From positions 4,109,434-4,173,433 of the forward strand of contig CM082593.2 in assembly GCA_040954595.2 (NCBI GenBank): a DNA stretch of 64,000 nucleotides, written 5' to 3'. The DNA comes from Balanoglossus misakiensis. Lineage: Eukaryota > Animalia > Hemichordata. The position numbers were made by a program, and so were the translations under genes. Below the pieces are notes generated by a model. It searched no databases, was not told where the DNA came from, and saw nothing but the letters and a program-made list of their open reading frames with translations. This document shows positions 48,801-63,692 of the stretch, piece by piece. The number at the start of each line of letters is the position of its first letter. The stretch's first letter is position 1.

Positions 48801-51800
48801 ATGGTGTGATATTTCACTAATAGTAGTTTACATGATTTCATAAATCTGCTCTGAATTGTCATTTAGAGGGACATTTAGCTGTACGTGAATTTTGGCAAGT
48901 ATTTTCGGTTGCGTTTGCTTGGTCTGGAATTAAGGGAAAAAATAGGGAAAAACTATGTGAAAATGATTAAAATGTTGCTCCCATATTTACAGCAAAAAAT
49001 GTGGCCACTGGTGCAGAGTCTATTTCAGGAAGCATGAACTTAAGACACTGAAGGGGTGAAAGGAACAGTCTAGACTTCCCCAGGTACAGTATAGCATGTC
49101 ACACTTTGTAGACCAACATGTTAAAAAGGGGACAGAAGAGGTGAAGGAGGCAGAGCAGATCACAGCCCGGCGCAGATTACAACCATCAGCAAACGATCGG
49201 CCGGTGTCAGGCACAACAGCTGCGGCCCACTGGCTTGCTTGTCAGCGGAGATGTAAGAGAACTTGGAAAAACAAGTTCATTGCCTGCAGCACTATATAGA
49301 CACACACACACACATGTTGTCAACAGGGTGTAGGCATGGATCTGCACAATCGCACTCAAAACAATGAACCTGTCTGCTTTCGCTTTTCACCTTTCTCGGT
49401 GTGGGTGGTATGGATTAAAACGCGTCTTGCATAATTTCGACGAATATGGCCTCCAGATTACCTTATGCTGCGTGTGATTATGAATGATATTTAAAGTAGG
49501 TACCAAAATATGGCTGCCAGTGTAATGAAATGTATGACTACTGTTCAAAAAGAATCGCAAGAAATGTCTGCCGTCCATGTTTAACAACAACTGTTCAGTC
49601 ACAAAATCACAGAGAGCATGAACATGGAATTCAAATCACAAAGAGTGGTTTTGTTTTGGGGGTCAGAAAAAATGCACGAATTATGTTTTTTATGCATCAG
49701 TTCCCCTACTTGTCAAAATGACTCATCACATTAAGAAAATGAATGCGTAAATGACTTGTACTTGTCTCTCGTTATTTTAATAATTATCTTGACTGTTATT
49801 TCATTATGCTGTTTAATTTGCCAAAACCTGCAGGGTCAAAAATCCCACCGTTTTCCAAGGTTCATCGCCGGGACACTCACTGCATAAAAATTCCACTAAT
49901 TCTCCGTCTGCGGAGAGCTCCGAATGCTCTATACCGGAAAGGGGAGTCAATCTGGCCGGAGTGAAAAGCCTCATTTGTTTACGGTGGCGTTCCATGCATA
50001 GCTGCGGTTTCCATTGAAATAATGCAGCACTTCCTTTCAGATGCAAATGCAAGGCCTTTCAGATAAGTGCTGCTAGTAGGCATGTGATCGAGGCCCATTC
50101 TTCTGAGAGATGGACTTGTTTTTCGAGTTCCTTACCAGTGCTTTTTTTTTTAACCCACAGCTGCATTCTTTACCTATAAATAGAGTGACTAAGTAAAGTA
50201 TGGACAAACAAGTCCTGTGCCCTCTCAGATACCAATGAACCCACATCAAAGTCAAGCGTTCCCTGTCACCTGTCCTGGTACGGCACTTTTTTCCATGAAA
50301 ATCTCAAATCTGGCCACCTTCATTCTCGGTCTACGAGGGTGGTCACTTTTCAAATCCTAGCCCTACCCACACTAATCTGCTTTGCTAGACTACACAATGA
50401 GGACTTTAATATCGCAAATTTGTCTCCAAATAAAGTTGGACATACTGCACGAAACCAGCGTGGGACAAATTTGGCCATAGAGAGGGTGGTTAAAAGGTCT
50501 GACCTCAAATTTGAGTCCAGGCTTAACTCTGTCTGTGTGTTGTTGAGCTTGGCCCTGATCTCAGTGTTGATTTTGGACTAGTTCTGAGCAGGGTCTTTGT
50601 TGTCAGAAGGTGCTTTGCCCCGAGTCAGGTGGTGACTTCAAATGAACAAGTGTGGACAGGACCAAAGGTAAAATCCCCAGAGAGAGTATTGTACCGGTAC
50701 TTTGATCCACGGTCAGGATTTAGTCAACTTGCACGTGGTCAAGCTTCTGATACACATTATGCAATGCAATATTGCACTGGAATAAAATGAATGCAAATCA
50801 CTTCAAAATGATTGTGTAATACCTTTCGGGTGAAAATAAAAATGAATATTTGAGTTGGACATCTGCAACATAATTTCTCAAAAATGAAACAAATCTTTTC
50901 ATCCTTTCAAACTTGTGTAGATTTGTGTGAAAAACTGCCCCAAACTTGTAGGGTGTTCAACATCAAATCATAATACAAACTGTCAAAATTTCAACTTTTT
51001 TATAAATCATAGTGGACAAAATCAAGCAGCCATTTTGGATTTCGCACACTTGCCAATGTGCTTGTCGACTTCTTCCTCCTCGCCCAAATCATGCAGTGTT
51101 TCTTTGTTAACTAAAGACTAGGGGGGAAACAGAGTTAACATGTAATTGGAAACTGATAAATTACAAGGAGGGCAGAACGCTTTAGCTCAGTCTTCAGGCA
51201 AGTCTGGGGACAACAATGCCAACCCAGGGTCCTTGTGTGTAAGGCTTCAACTGATGAATTGAAGGCACGGGGTTATACCACAGTGGAGAAGAGGAGGGTG
51301 TAGATACTGATAGCAGATATGAAAGAAAACGTAATCAGCATAAAACAACTTGAAATATCTTTCTCTTGTTTTATTTACCTGAAGTGATTGTACCAAGATG
51401 AAGTACGCATGCGTATATATATAGTTCTCCGAGTAGAGTTATAAGAAAGTGTGTTGGACAACCTTACGAGGTGATGAACTCGCAACACTGGTTGGTTTCT
51501 AACATGATGGCACATGCTTCATCCATATGTGTGTACATAAATTTAATTTGGCTTACATGAACACTTGTAACCCTTGCAACCATGTGGACCCCGTCGTGCA
51601 TGCTGGTATGGCTGTAATTGGACCAGGATTGGCCAAAGTTGACATTTGAAAGTTGACATTTTTTGTTCTTCTAGCTGGGGTGAATGTCCATCTACCTGTT
51701 TACCTGTCAGAAACGCACTAGCTACCAACATTCAATTTATGCAATTCCAGAAAAGATGACGTAATGGATGGATTTACACTGTGAAGTGTTAAACAAAGAC

Positions 51801-54800
51801 AACACTGAATGCTTTCTGGGGAGTTAAGTATTCCTATGTACAGGCTTTTCGCAGACACACACAGGTATCAGCACAGTGGTTGGTGTCTACCAAGACAACT
51901 GACTAGACGTAAAACAGTGAATTGTTCAGGTTGTGCCTTCCATCCTCACTGGGAAGCCAGGCACGTTCAGAAATACCTGTACACTTCACTAAAGAGGACG
52001 ACCAAATCCTCAAGGTGTGAAATCAATCTAGATTTGTGAACTTCAGCACTAAGCAATTATTTCAGTACTTGTGCGGTATTTATGTTTTTCTTTCTGCCAT
52101 GGTCCCCAGACCTGTAAACACCGTGATTTATGCGCGCCACTCAGCCAATCAGAGCTGGATCAGCTGTCGGCAGAGTTACACGAACACCTAGCCACCTTGC
52201 CACGAGAAAAGCAGGCCACATTTAGAGGTCATCGGGAGGGGGGGAGGGTTTGGAGAACGAGACACGCCAAACACCCAGCACAGCCAGGCAGCCTCGTTCC
52301 TTTCAAACTTGTTTACAACTTTGCTCATTAATATTAATGTGATGGCCACCCACTCGGAGGTCCTTTTCAATGAAGCCCAAAATTACTCCTGATGCGCAAT
52401 AAAACGGCAGTGACTACACAAACCTTGTTGGGTCTTGGGAAGGTCTCTTGAAATCCTTCGTAAATTCTCTCGGTTTTCCAAAGGGGACCTTGAGATCCGG
52501 GAGTTTTGATTCTTTGGAATCGTTTAATAGCATGTGGTAGGACTGCCAATAAACTAGTTCACATGTAGTAAACACATTTCTGGTGAGACATTGAGGAATG
52601 TGTTTGTTTGCACATATTAACTGCCGCATTCAATTCCCACAAAATAAAGTCCGCAACCTTTACATTGGACTTTGGGGCTGTTGTGAATCCCTACTGTCAA
52701 TCAAATTTACCACAATGAGCGATGTAACAGACACAATATCGCGAATTTCATAAAACTCACTGAAATAGCCAGAATGCATACGTTATCACCAGACCAACTA
52801 CCAATGATGTCATTTTGGCCAGGTTGCTATTTTTGCTCGCTAAGCCTCATGCCATAATAACCAAATGCCGCGTCAATAGTTCAAAACATCACGCATACAC
52901 AGGTATTGTTGCACAATTGCTTTATGGCCTTTCTCTATGGAAAGGACACTAAAACCACCCATCTCTCACAACAGTCTGCTGATAAACACATCACCCGCCC
53001 TTCAGCAGAAAAAAGCAAACTTGCAGCTGAGCGACTATAAAGCATCATTTTTTTATCATTTTTTACACGTTACTGTTATTTTTTTTAATAAATCTATATT
53101 TTATGGCAATGTTACATTTCAAGCAATTGCCTCAAACAAAGATAACAGTATACAGTAAAAAAGTGGTGATCTCAAGGTTTGTTTATGAATTATTCACGCC
53201 AAGAATTTCTGACAGTTTGAGTACCTGAACAACAGGTATGTCAAGAACAATAGCCTGAGATACACCACGGGGGTAGGTGTTTTGGTGCCACGCCATCGCC
53301 AATTCAACAAACACCCACTCCATCTGCATACTTGCGTTTGTTTATCAAGACATTTTCCCACATACACACATACCAATCCCTCCCAGCCTAACACAATATT
53401 ATATCTGTTATTTTTCCACGGGGATACAAAATAGAAAGTTACAAGATCCCAAGTCTATCCACTGACCCCCCCTCCCCCCCTCCCCCACTCCTTACCAGAC
53501 AGGCTGGAATGCAAATAGGGACAAGAACAACATTCTGTTTTGGAAAATAATTGACAGAATGGATGGGTTTGTTACATCATGTAAAAGGAAGATTGAATTG
53601 AACAAGGGCCTTAAGGCTAAACTTTGGAGTAACAGTGCTTACAACTGTTAAGGGCTTCTATTTCCAGTCTATGCATATGCAAATGCCGGCCTTTATAAAG
53701 TCTATTATGAGTGGTGTGTACCACCATCAGCTAGGCCCTGAACACACTGGGGCTTATCAATAGTTGTTTTGCTGCCCACATCAGCGTAAAGTGTCTGGCT
53801 CGGTCTCAGACGGTGGGCAAGTCTTGCATACTCAGATTTCTACACCAACCAGTGCACACATCCACTGACATCCTTAAACATCTGCCCTAAGCTAAAGCTT
53901 GCTTATACGGTGCAGAAATTATGCAGAAATTATCCTGAGAAAGAAAATGTACCTTTCTTGTGCTTTCTGGAGAATGAGAGCAGCAAATTCAATTTGTAAA
54001 CTCCCACCCCCACCCCCACCCCACACATATGAGCTACAGCATACACGCATATGTGTCTCCGACACTGACAGCCTGTATGTGGTAAATGTAGTAGACAATA
54101 ATTTAAGTGCAACAGGACCGGACGCCTGCTACTGGTATTTCCGACTGCACGATCAATTAAGGAAGCATGTATTGCCCAGTAAAATTTTAGTGACATTAAT
54201 TCGGGTCTGTCATCTGATCCAGGCATTTTAGTCAGATGAATAATAACTTTCACTGGACAAAGATCAGAGTAGTGGCTGGAGATGAATTTACAGAAATTTT
54301 ATAAGTTACATTTGACAGGCATCTAGTTCATTGCACAGATCTGGATAGCAACCATTCTTGTCCATTTCACCCTGCTACCAACACATATTCATACGAGAAC
54401 TTTCCATCTTTTTTCAAAGTATTACGACTATCACAACAAGACATGGGCCATCTCTTGTACAAGACCTTTCTCCGAACCCGATAATGCAAAGCGTGGACAG
54501 TACACGAGACATCACCGACCACCATAAAACAGTTTCTCATTAAACATTTATTGGTCTTGGAAAATCATGCCACCTCTACTCGCACATGTGACAGAGGAGT
54601 TAGGTCACAAACAGCCAACGATACAAGCTTACCACACATGTTAACACACATTTCTTTCTTGATTCTTAAGGATAGACCCGCAATAAATCTTACGAAACCC
54701 TGAGCGAAAAAAAAAAAAAAAATCCCAACGCTGATGAAACAGAATACATTGGTGGCCTGTCTGTCTGCGAGAGAGAATGCCAGTGTGTGGTGTGGCCTTG

Positions 54801-57800
54801 AGACAGGTCCAAACAAACATTCACAGACATCCTTGTTAATATCTCAGCCCTCTAATTCTTCCTTTTCTCTTTAAAATCTCATTATCACCACTTGCTAATT
54901 ATATCCTGAGTGGGCCACCTTCTGGGTTGACCTTGCCTGCCACTTGTTTGTCTGGCGTGACCTTGGGCGACTGCCAGACACTGTTCTATTTTCCCAATGC
55001 GCCCGAGTAATGCCTTGTATTACAGGCATTTCAAAGAGGTTTGACTTGTTTAGCGGCGAGTCTGGAAGCAGACTCACATCTGCTCCGCTCGGTCGGTCGA
55101 CATGACGCAATGTGTTTTGACTGGATAACAGGCAAACGGGCAATTGGCTTGATTATTTTTCATTTCACTGATTCAATTTTGTCCGCCTGCGAATCTTTGA
55201 GTTTTGGAAACTGTTCTGCATTGTTTTCTTTTGTTTTGCTCTCAATTTCACAATTCCCTATCCTCTAACCCTGAAATATTGAAAAACAGAAAAGTGATGA
55301 TGATATGAACATATTGAAATGTACACGCAGGAAAAATTTCATTTCAGATGAACAAGACAAAATCATCCGTTCATAATGGCCCCTTAACGACTATCACAAC
55401 TTAATCTTTCAATCAAAATTTATTTCTTATTCTGAACAGCAGACTGCAATTCATGTACATCTCATTTTTCACATTCTGTATGCAAAACCTGACCTATTCC
55501 TTGATGCTCGCTGTACTCCAAATAGTTTATAAAATCACTTCTGGTCCGGGAAACTGGAATCACTTAAAGTCTATAAAGTTAAACAAACACACAAGTGGAG
55601 TGTAAGCTGCCTGATACCTTCTCCACCACCACCGCCAGTGATGTCCATATGTAGACGTCTGCAATGTAATCTTGGTAACCAAATAAGTAAGTGTGGGTAC
55701 TGTGCTAATTATAAGAGTCGTGTTTGGATCTCCGAGGCCTGTGTTTGTTTCACCGTAGGAATGCCTCTCCATCACCACAGACATGTAACAGTAACTGTTT
55801 GTTTTCATTACAACACTGTTTTAGTGGGAGTCACATACCACTTCAGTGGTTGTCATAATGTTATTTTTTTATCAGAAAAATAACAGAACACGCTCCCCGA
55901 TTCAGAAGAATTTCGCCGAAAAAACAATTCAGTTCCAATTAGTTTTGCCGAGAAACAAACCAAGATTGGTGTTAAAGATTTCCCGTTCAGTGTGGTGTGA
56001 TATCGGATGTACTGGCAAATCCTGGGAGTGGCCAGTGTCTGGTATGGATGGCCTACCTCCCTACTCCATCATACAAACATGTACAGATAACTGTCCTTGT
56101 GCGGTCGTCCCCATCAAGACTGCACAACAAAAGGCGTACTGTCTGTCAGTGAAACAGTTACAGAAATATGGATTGAGTGAATACCAAAAATGTATGTACC
56201 CAGAAGATTGCGAAAGAAATTTCTCTAATTCAGCAAAAAAAAGCCAAAACATGAAAGTCAACATGCTGATTGGCCATCAACCCAAAGCAGCCTGTATAAG
56301 CACAATGTTCATGAAATAGTTCTTAGATAACACTGTTTGTTTTCATTTTTCACACGTGTTTGTTGTTTTATGAAAAAATGAATGTCGGGATTCAAAGACA
56401 CCAGGTCACAACCTGTTCAGACCCAAGGGTTTGTTTTTTCCTCTCGTCAATTAATGCACATGATACAGTGAATGATAAACACAGATATTACATCTGAATG
56501 GATGGTATGTCTGTCGGAGCTTGGAAACATGTCCGCTCACGACTATTATAATATTTCTATTGACTCAACATAATATCCTCTACCTGTCAAACAATGGTGT
56601 TATTTGGGCTGTTAATGCCATATAAAAACATCCTGCTTGGGATTATTTCGTGCCAGTGTTTAGAAGCATATGCCGCTCTCTGACTGGCCGACCAAATTCC
56701 AAACACTACTCCCTGGGTCCAAGCACACCGAATTTCCACCAAAGTCACCCATATTTTCACTGACCCCGGCGACTGCGCGGTAGGAACTACAAAAAGTCTC
56801 AAAGGCGTTCCGAGGACCCTGTCGGCAACGCTCCTAATGTTCTGCATATTTCCATCTCCACAGATGAACAGTTGCACGCATTCATGTTTGATCGTCTGCG
56901 CCTGGCAAAAGGTCAAGTCAAGTCAAATCGTGATGAGAACATCTCCAGAGTATCCACACAACCTTTTTCTTTTGATGAAAAGGCAACTCGACCGGCTATG
57001 AAAGTCAAAAGACTACACATTGTCCCCAATGGAATCCCAAAACATATATTTATCATGTGTTTGTGCAGTGCAAATACAGAGAGAGAAAAAAAAACCTCCA
57101 GACCATGCACATGCATCATTTTATTTATCTTAATCTGGTCATCCAGAAAGGGTGTGGTCGGATCCACGGGGAGCAAACACCCTCGTCCAATATGGATACA
57201 ATCTTTGTCGAATAGGGACACACCGTAACCTTGGAAACTGCTCTTTAAATTCCATCAAAATGTACAGACGATTCAAGCGTGTTCTGTGCAGTGGCTGATG
57301 ATGATGTAAAATACACATTATGTGAGAACATGGTTATTGTAGGATAACATGGCAGGACTCTGGTGTCAACAACTTTCCTTAATTTAATTAATTAATTATC
57401 AGATAAAGGAGTTAATTATTGGTAATTGGATAATGGCAGTAAGTGGACAAACGTTCAGCTCAAAGTATCAAAATTCCACTTTTTATAAGCCCTAAAACAA
57501 ACACATTCATTGCCTGTTCTGATGACTCATATATGAGGACTTTTTGAAATCCCTCAGTGTAAACTCTGGGATGGTAATTGGTATATATGTAGTCACCACA
57601 TACAATGTACACCTGTACATTGTGTATATTTTTTATAACAGGTGAGATAAAAATGATCAAGAGAGGAAAAACAACATTATTTTTATTTGCGGATCTGAAA
57701 ACATTTTAAAAGCCAGATTTAGATGAAAAGTACATATGGACTGGAAGGTACACTTCAATGACATTCACAACTGACGCGGCCAAAAATAACACTTGTCTGG

Positions 57801-60800
57801 TCAGAAAGTGTCCAAATTAGCCCCACAGCAGTTATAAATGACAGTCTGATTAATTATGAAAGTCTGGCCAGCAAGGCCACCGTACCGATCAGCATACAAT
57901 TTTCTGCTATCTATCAACCAGGAGCAATCCACCAATAATTTGCCCTTGCATAATTCGTCCATTTCATCAGATCTCAGCTCGTTTGATTTCGTTAATAAAT
58001 CTGTCCATTTTTTTTTTTTTTATTAACGTTCACAAAATTTGGCTAATAATACAGTTATCTCTGATAATCAAATATTCCGATAGCATGTAGCACATCATCA
58101 AATATTTGAAATATTACCCTGTTTTATTCAGAGAGCAGCAGAAATGTTACAAGACATCAGAAAACACATTACTTTCTCATTAAACCTTCCAGCAGATAAA
58201 GAACTCCGAGAGAACCCTTGTTGAATTATAGATATGGCTGTTTTTTGTCAATGTTTCATGAACATTCTCCAAAAACAAGTCTATTTATTCCGACCGGATA
58301 CAATTTATCACTAATGATATATTTAGCCACTTTTCCGGCTGCTGGTTACTCTCAAGTACCCACGGAAAAACAATACCCACCTTGAAGCCAAGGACTTTAC
58401 GGTAAGTGACTTTGGAGATGTTTTACTTCATAAAATTGGCAATGAGAAACCCAATATTGACATATTTATCCCACACACAGGTCTGGAAGCTGTCGGACTG
58501 AACACAAAATGGGTTCACGTACTGAGTGTGGTTGAACAATAACCCAAACATTGAAGATTAAATTTACGAAAAGCGCGTATGATGTTTTCCTGCATATGAA
58601 ATTTTCATTGCTGACTAAGTGATATCTGTCTGTCTACCTTACATTACAAATGTATGTTGTTTACCAGATGAAACCATCTGTCGTTTCTTATTTTTATATA
58701 TTGCATTACCAAAATACACTTATGAAGCAATCTCCATTTTAAACTGCATATCACCTGTGCATATAAAAATACCACAGCATCAATCTTTACCTCTGAAAAA
58801 GATTATATGGTATCAACTTGCAGAAATATAGTTCAAAATATTAAATAAAATGAAGCATATCAGAGTTCATAAAGAGGGGAAATTATGAATATTAGTTAAT
58901 TTTTAATAATTTATTACTTTGGATGGCGATAGCTAATTTTTTTTCATACTATGAGAACCTGGTTTCGTTTATGCTTTAAATATTGCTAACTTGAAGAAAA
59001 GACAAGTTTCTCTGGGGAAATACCGTGACCAGTCAATGCCCGAACCAAAACATTATGACTGCAATAATAGTGAACTGAAACATTGGCGAATATTGAAAAA
59101 TCATGAAGGCCTCTTGGCTTGTGGCCCACTTTTTTTTTTTTTTGCTTTGACACGAGCGACAATACCGGGCATTCTTAACTTAGGGACAATGATGGACATT
59201 CTTGACTTCGAATCAACACTTCATTTGGCAAGCGTCCAGGGTTCCGTGTGACCCAATGACAACAAGACTGAGTCACTAATACACACCTGTATACAGTTCC
59301 CACTACAGAATAAAAACTCAGAAACCTTGACTATTCTGTCGAGGTAGTGTCCTTCTCCCAGCCATTTTCCCACTGACAAAAGTCCTACAACTTTACACTG
59401 CAACACTGCTGTTCGCGCCTAATTGACGCGACACCGCTGAACGTGTAAGGCTGTAGGCTTCAAGGGGTGGTGGGGGGTGGGGAACCAAGCACCCAACACC
59501 CACACAAAACACGTCATCCAGGTTGTATCAGACCAAGAAATCTGGCAATAGTTCAAATATTTGTTATTGTGACATACCAAAACCTACATCGAAAAAATAC
59601 TGTACCAAACAATTGGGTTACACATAATGTGCATAACACCATTTTGCACTAATAATGAACACAATCCAAAATACAAGTTTTTTTGCTTATATATTTCAGG
59701 GAAAAGATTAACGAGTCTCCTTTCGGAAGTGTGATATATTTAAAAAAATAAACACAGTCACTGTTTGATTGACAATCTAGTCAAATCTGAAGTTTGGCAC
59801 TCTTACACCAATGTCTCTGTAAGTGTAAGCACTATGTAAGGGTCCGTCTTTGCCACACAAAATATGCGAGGGTAACAAGTCCTCTTGGCAAAAAGGTCTA
59901 GTAAACTACACTGTTGTCTAACCTTCATGAAAGCATATCACAAGACAAAACGGAACATTTCAGAAAAGTACAGAAGATGCAAATCAGTTGAACGTCGGGC
60001 ACGGAATACAGTAGTGGTCTTTCTCAGGTTTTCTAACTAGGTCGTGTGTGAACCAGGGGTGGTGGGGAGGGCTTAGCTTTACCTGTTGAAAACAGGGGTC
60101 ACACTTGAATTATTTAGGTCATATTCTTCAGCCTAGCCGGTGTCTATCATTTCGACAAGGTGACCCTAAGGGTGCGAGACAGCATAGATTTCCTCCCCAA
60201 AACTCAGACTGGCAAGCGTTTACTGCGGTAATTGTTTCTCGACAAACTTTAGTACGAGTGAACTGAGCTTTGCACTTCGGCTCCGACTGAGGTCTCATGT
60301 GACACAACCGCAGAAAACGAGATAAAAGTTCTCTCCGCTCTGTTTTCAGTGCTGTTCATTCACTTTTAATCCCCTGACATTGAACATGGTGCTTACACAC
60401 ACAAAAAAAAAAACACAAACATGGACTTCCACTGATTTGCATCTTACTGTTTTCTCAGCATTCGATAAAAATCTTTAGAAGTCCGAGTGTTCCTAAAATG
60501 AGAAATAATATGGGTGCAAATACAATGTGGACAAGTACAAGGCATGGTTGGACTCAGGTGAGGTCTAGAACAAAGTTAAATGCCTTTTGTTTTCTGAACC
60601 TAATCCCTCAAAGGAATCAAACAAAAAAAGCCTTTTATTAGAAAATCAATTCAAATCCCATGACTGGAATTACATACTTCCTGGCTAACATGTGGCATGT
60701 CTGTACTGTTGTATAATTTCAGTGTTGCAGTCCTACCTCTCTGACTATAAGAAATACGCTCTATACAATCAATGATTTTAAGCATAGTACACCCTCAATC

Positions 60801-62830
60801 AAACCACTGGAACTAGTAAAGAGTTATAATCAGGGATGAAATTACCACAATGTGAAATGATATTCCGTACACAAATGAACTTCTTGTGTTAATGTCAATC
60901 ACTTTCATAACATAATTATTTTCCAGGAAATGTTGTAAATTTGACATGAACTTTGCAAATGTTGTCCATAACATAAACCCTACGAATAAACGGCATCACA
61001 TTTATCCTCTATTGAATGACAAATGGCATTTTCGTCACATAAATAACTCTATAAGTAGATACATAACAGGCACTGAAGAGCTTTCTTTGCAAGATTCTTC
61101 CAGAAATCAAAACACAAATTGTTTACAAGTGATCTTGGCTGAGTCAGAAATTAGTTCAAATTAGTTCAATAATTTCCTTAATTAATGGATTAACTGCATT
61201 ATACAGTCAACATAAAGACCATCAAACTAACATGACCAATTTCAAACTGCCAAAAATAGATATTAGTACCTAAGGCAGGCATACAGCAAAGATATTTTTT
61301 TTCAAATCTTTCAATAGGTCAACTATTAATATGATAACACTTGCTAAACTTGAAATATTTTTCTGAGTCACTGTTTGCTTCCCTGGATTTAGTTCTCCTT
61401 CTTCTTGCTCAGGATGATAAATATGTCACTTGAAAAACCAGTCAAGAATGCTGAAGCTTATTTGCGTTTCAGTTTGCCCTCACAAGTAAAAAGTACATCC
61501 CCCCTTGCGATCTACATCTGGACAATACAGTTGTGGAGTGTTTACACTTGACAATGTCAAGCTCAAGGTACACAAAAACACCCAGTTATTTTTTAGGGTG
61601 TGTGTTCAAATTTGACGAGGGTCTGTCTTTATCTCTGAGAAAGCTTCACACAAGTCAGAGCTATATATATAAACCGGTCATCCAAGCATGTTATCTGAAC
61701 AATTACCAACTGTTTACCATGACTCAAAGGGTCCACTGTTCACATGCAAAGGTAGTACACGGAATATGTGTCATCAAATTCAATCAATGCCCTTCCAATC
61801 TTCCCAACACGAGCCATTTTTCGGAAGGCAAGGAGTTATTTTTATTTTTCATTCTGTTGGTAGATCGCACTGTTCATACTAATCATAATCCATTAGCCTG
61901 TAAACGGCTTGCAAAATGGAAAACAAACCCCGTTTCTGAAATTAATACTACGGCACGTCTGACAGCTACCCCATGGTTTAATAATATACCTCAAAATCAG
62001 AGTACTTTTTTCGTAGTTACTGGGGCTATGAATTTGACAACCCAGAGGGTTAGAGTCAAACGGCGTCCCAGACACGAAAACAAGTTCAGGTGTTGTTAAA
62101 TTCAGTGATGTGTGAATGATGATGTCAATTTCTATTAAGACGACCATTACATCATCAAAGTTTACTGCGCACGACTTGGAATGTTTCGCACGATCGTACG
62201 TGTATTTACCGTTCACACGACGAATTTTACCCTGCAAAAAACGTCGGTACGGTGACATATCTGACACACACCACTGAGATCGAACACACACCAACCCAAC
62301 CCCAATATTTGAGCCGTTTACTGCGGTCCACCGGCCAGGGCGGATGTCTCCGACCACGCCAGGTGAAATAAACAAGTCCCCTCCCTCACACCTTGTTGAC
62401 TTCGGGACGGATTTCGGCAGTTTCTCACAGGTGTCTAGAAAACAGTGAGAAAGTGCCCAGACCAGTCTCGTCGGGAGGAAAATGTAGTGAACAAAAGTGC
62501 GTTCACCGGAAAATGTTCACCGTGTGAATTCCGCGGCACAAAAGAACAACAAAGCTAACTGTGCATTATGTGAATGAAACTCTGCGGCACCACACACACG
62601 CACACAACACACAAACACATCGCTTGCAGTACACTTTACCTGCAACGGGACTAGACTTCTCCAGAACGCACCATCTCGTTTTCCACTGCGGAAAAAAGAG
62701 ACGCGTCTGTCAGTACAGTGTATGTTGGCTTTCAGAAGTAAACAAAATCGAACGTTTTCAATCTCCCTACCTTCTTGCCATCACGATATTTGACGATATC
62801 CTGCAAAAGTATATTTGGATGGTCCGCCAT
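36832..62830 (-). CDS. DOK7: DOK7-like PH-PTB docking/adaptor protein with a long tyrosine-motif tail, ~1241 aa
   Basis: Coding exons (minus strand): 62830-62771 (MADHPNILLQDIVKYRDGKK), 62685-62640 (WKTRWCVLEKSSPVA), 45984-45751 (rest of PH: FCGME..LAFD..WGNKIRSSLG), 43717-43511 (PTB: HKFTISI..GKLPPGPATMYFC..GAWHLKDISRFG..GFAFE), 42450-42334 (AGIFVLLT..IDSVVR), 41864-40014 and 38042-36832. Phases are consistent (3726 nt). Sequence and first exon breaks match recalled vertebrate DOK7 (..RDGKK|WKSRWLVLRKPSPVA|D..; KLESGPATLHLC; WKLSDLRRYG). Confidence 0.88.
43339..43431 (+). mobile_element. ~90-bp MITE with piggyBac-like ends
   Basis: TTAA-CCCTTTCACCACCATG ... CATGGGGGTGAAAGGG-TTAT: 16-bp TIRs with one mismatch and a TTAA-type flank. 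Related copies lie at 14787-14876, ~25975-26026 and ~45125-45195. Confidence 0.75.
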
Positions 62831-63657
62831 TTTGTCACTTAGAAGTTTTACCCATCATCCAACGTAAGTTGGCCAACTTTCCAGACAGGTGGGCGCCGAG
62901 AGGGCGCTCTCTACCAAATAAAAAAAATCCACCTACGTACAATGCTTGACAATGGTTTGCTTTGTTTTTATCATTTATTACCCATTTCCTAATATTATGC
63001 AAAAATGGCAATTTATTAATGCAACAGAGGTATAAAATACAATTGAAAACACCAATTGTTAAAATCAAGGTTTATAGCAACCGGCCGACGACGTCACGAA
63101 TTGGTAAACAAACTCGTCCATTATCCGGTAAAACACACGAACAAAAGAAACTTGGCATCCATCAATAGTTACCTCATGCGGCCTCAAGATGTGCGATTTC
63201 GCGCTTGAAGCCAATAGAAATATAACCAGTTGGCGAAGTGGGTTTTCTTGTCGAACAAAGATTGATTAATAAAAGGAAAAATGGTTCGCTCCGTGTTGTA
63301 ATCCTTTTGCGTCATTGCTGTACACAACACGTCTTTATTCAGTAAGTATCGGCAAAGAACTGGTCAGTTTTTCTACCAACTCGTAGGCTGCAATCGATAT
63401 ATTAATCCCTTCGACAAACTGGTTCAGAAAAGACTTAAAGACCACGAAGAGCCCTCGGTAACTGTGTACGTGAACCTATCAAACAAGTTCTACAAATTTA
63501 CTTCTACTTTAATATTGGTACCAATATGACGGTCTCTTCGCGTCGTAATAAATACAAACTTCAACGGACACAACCTGGTTGGCATCGCAACAGCAGCACC
63601 TTGCGAGAACTATTCATCACCAGACGAGGAAAACCGCATCGGCACCATTTACGGCCC

Positions 63658-63692
63658 GTGACGTCACTCGCCGGCGAGCGTGACGTCATTGG
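63658..63692. promoter_or_regulatory. Paired CRE sites flanking a GC palindrome, upstream of the DOK7-like gene
   Basis: TGACGTCA at 63659-63666 and 63681-63688 surround CTCGCCGGCGAG (63667-63678). ATTGG (inverted CCAAT) overlaps the second CRE. The site lies in a CpG-rich region. Confidence 0.55.

Noticed and set aside
52420-56916. Coding-looking patches in the 16.7-kb DOK7-like intron 2 (~52425-52533, 54895-55270, 56587-56916)
   Set aside because: No homology recognised, and the candidate donors and acceptors are out of phase with exon 3 or hit stops.
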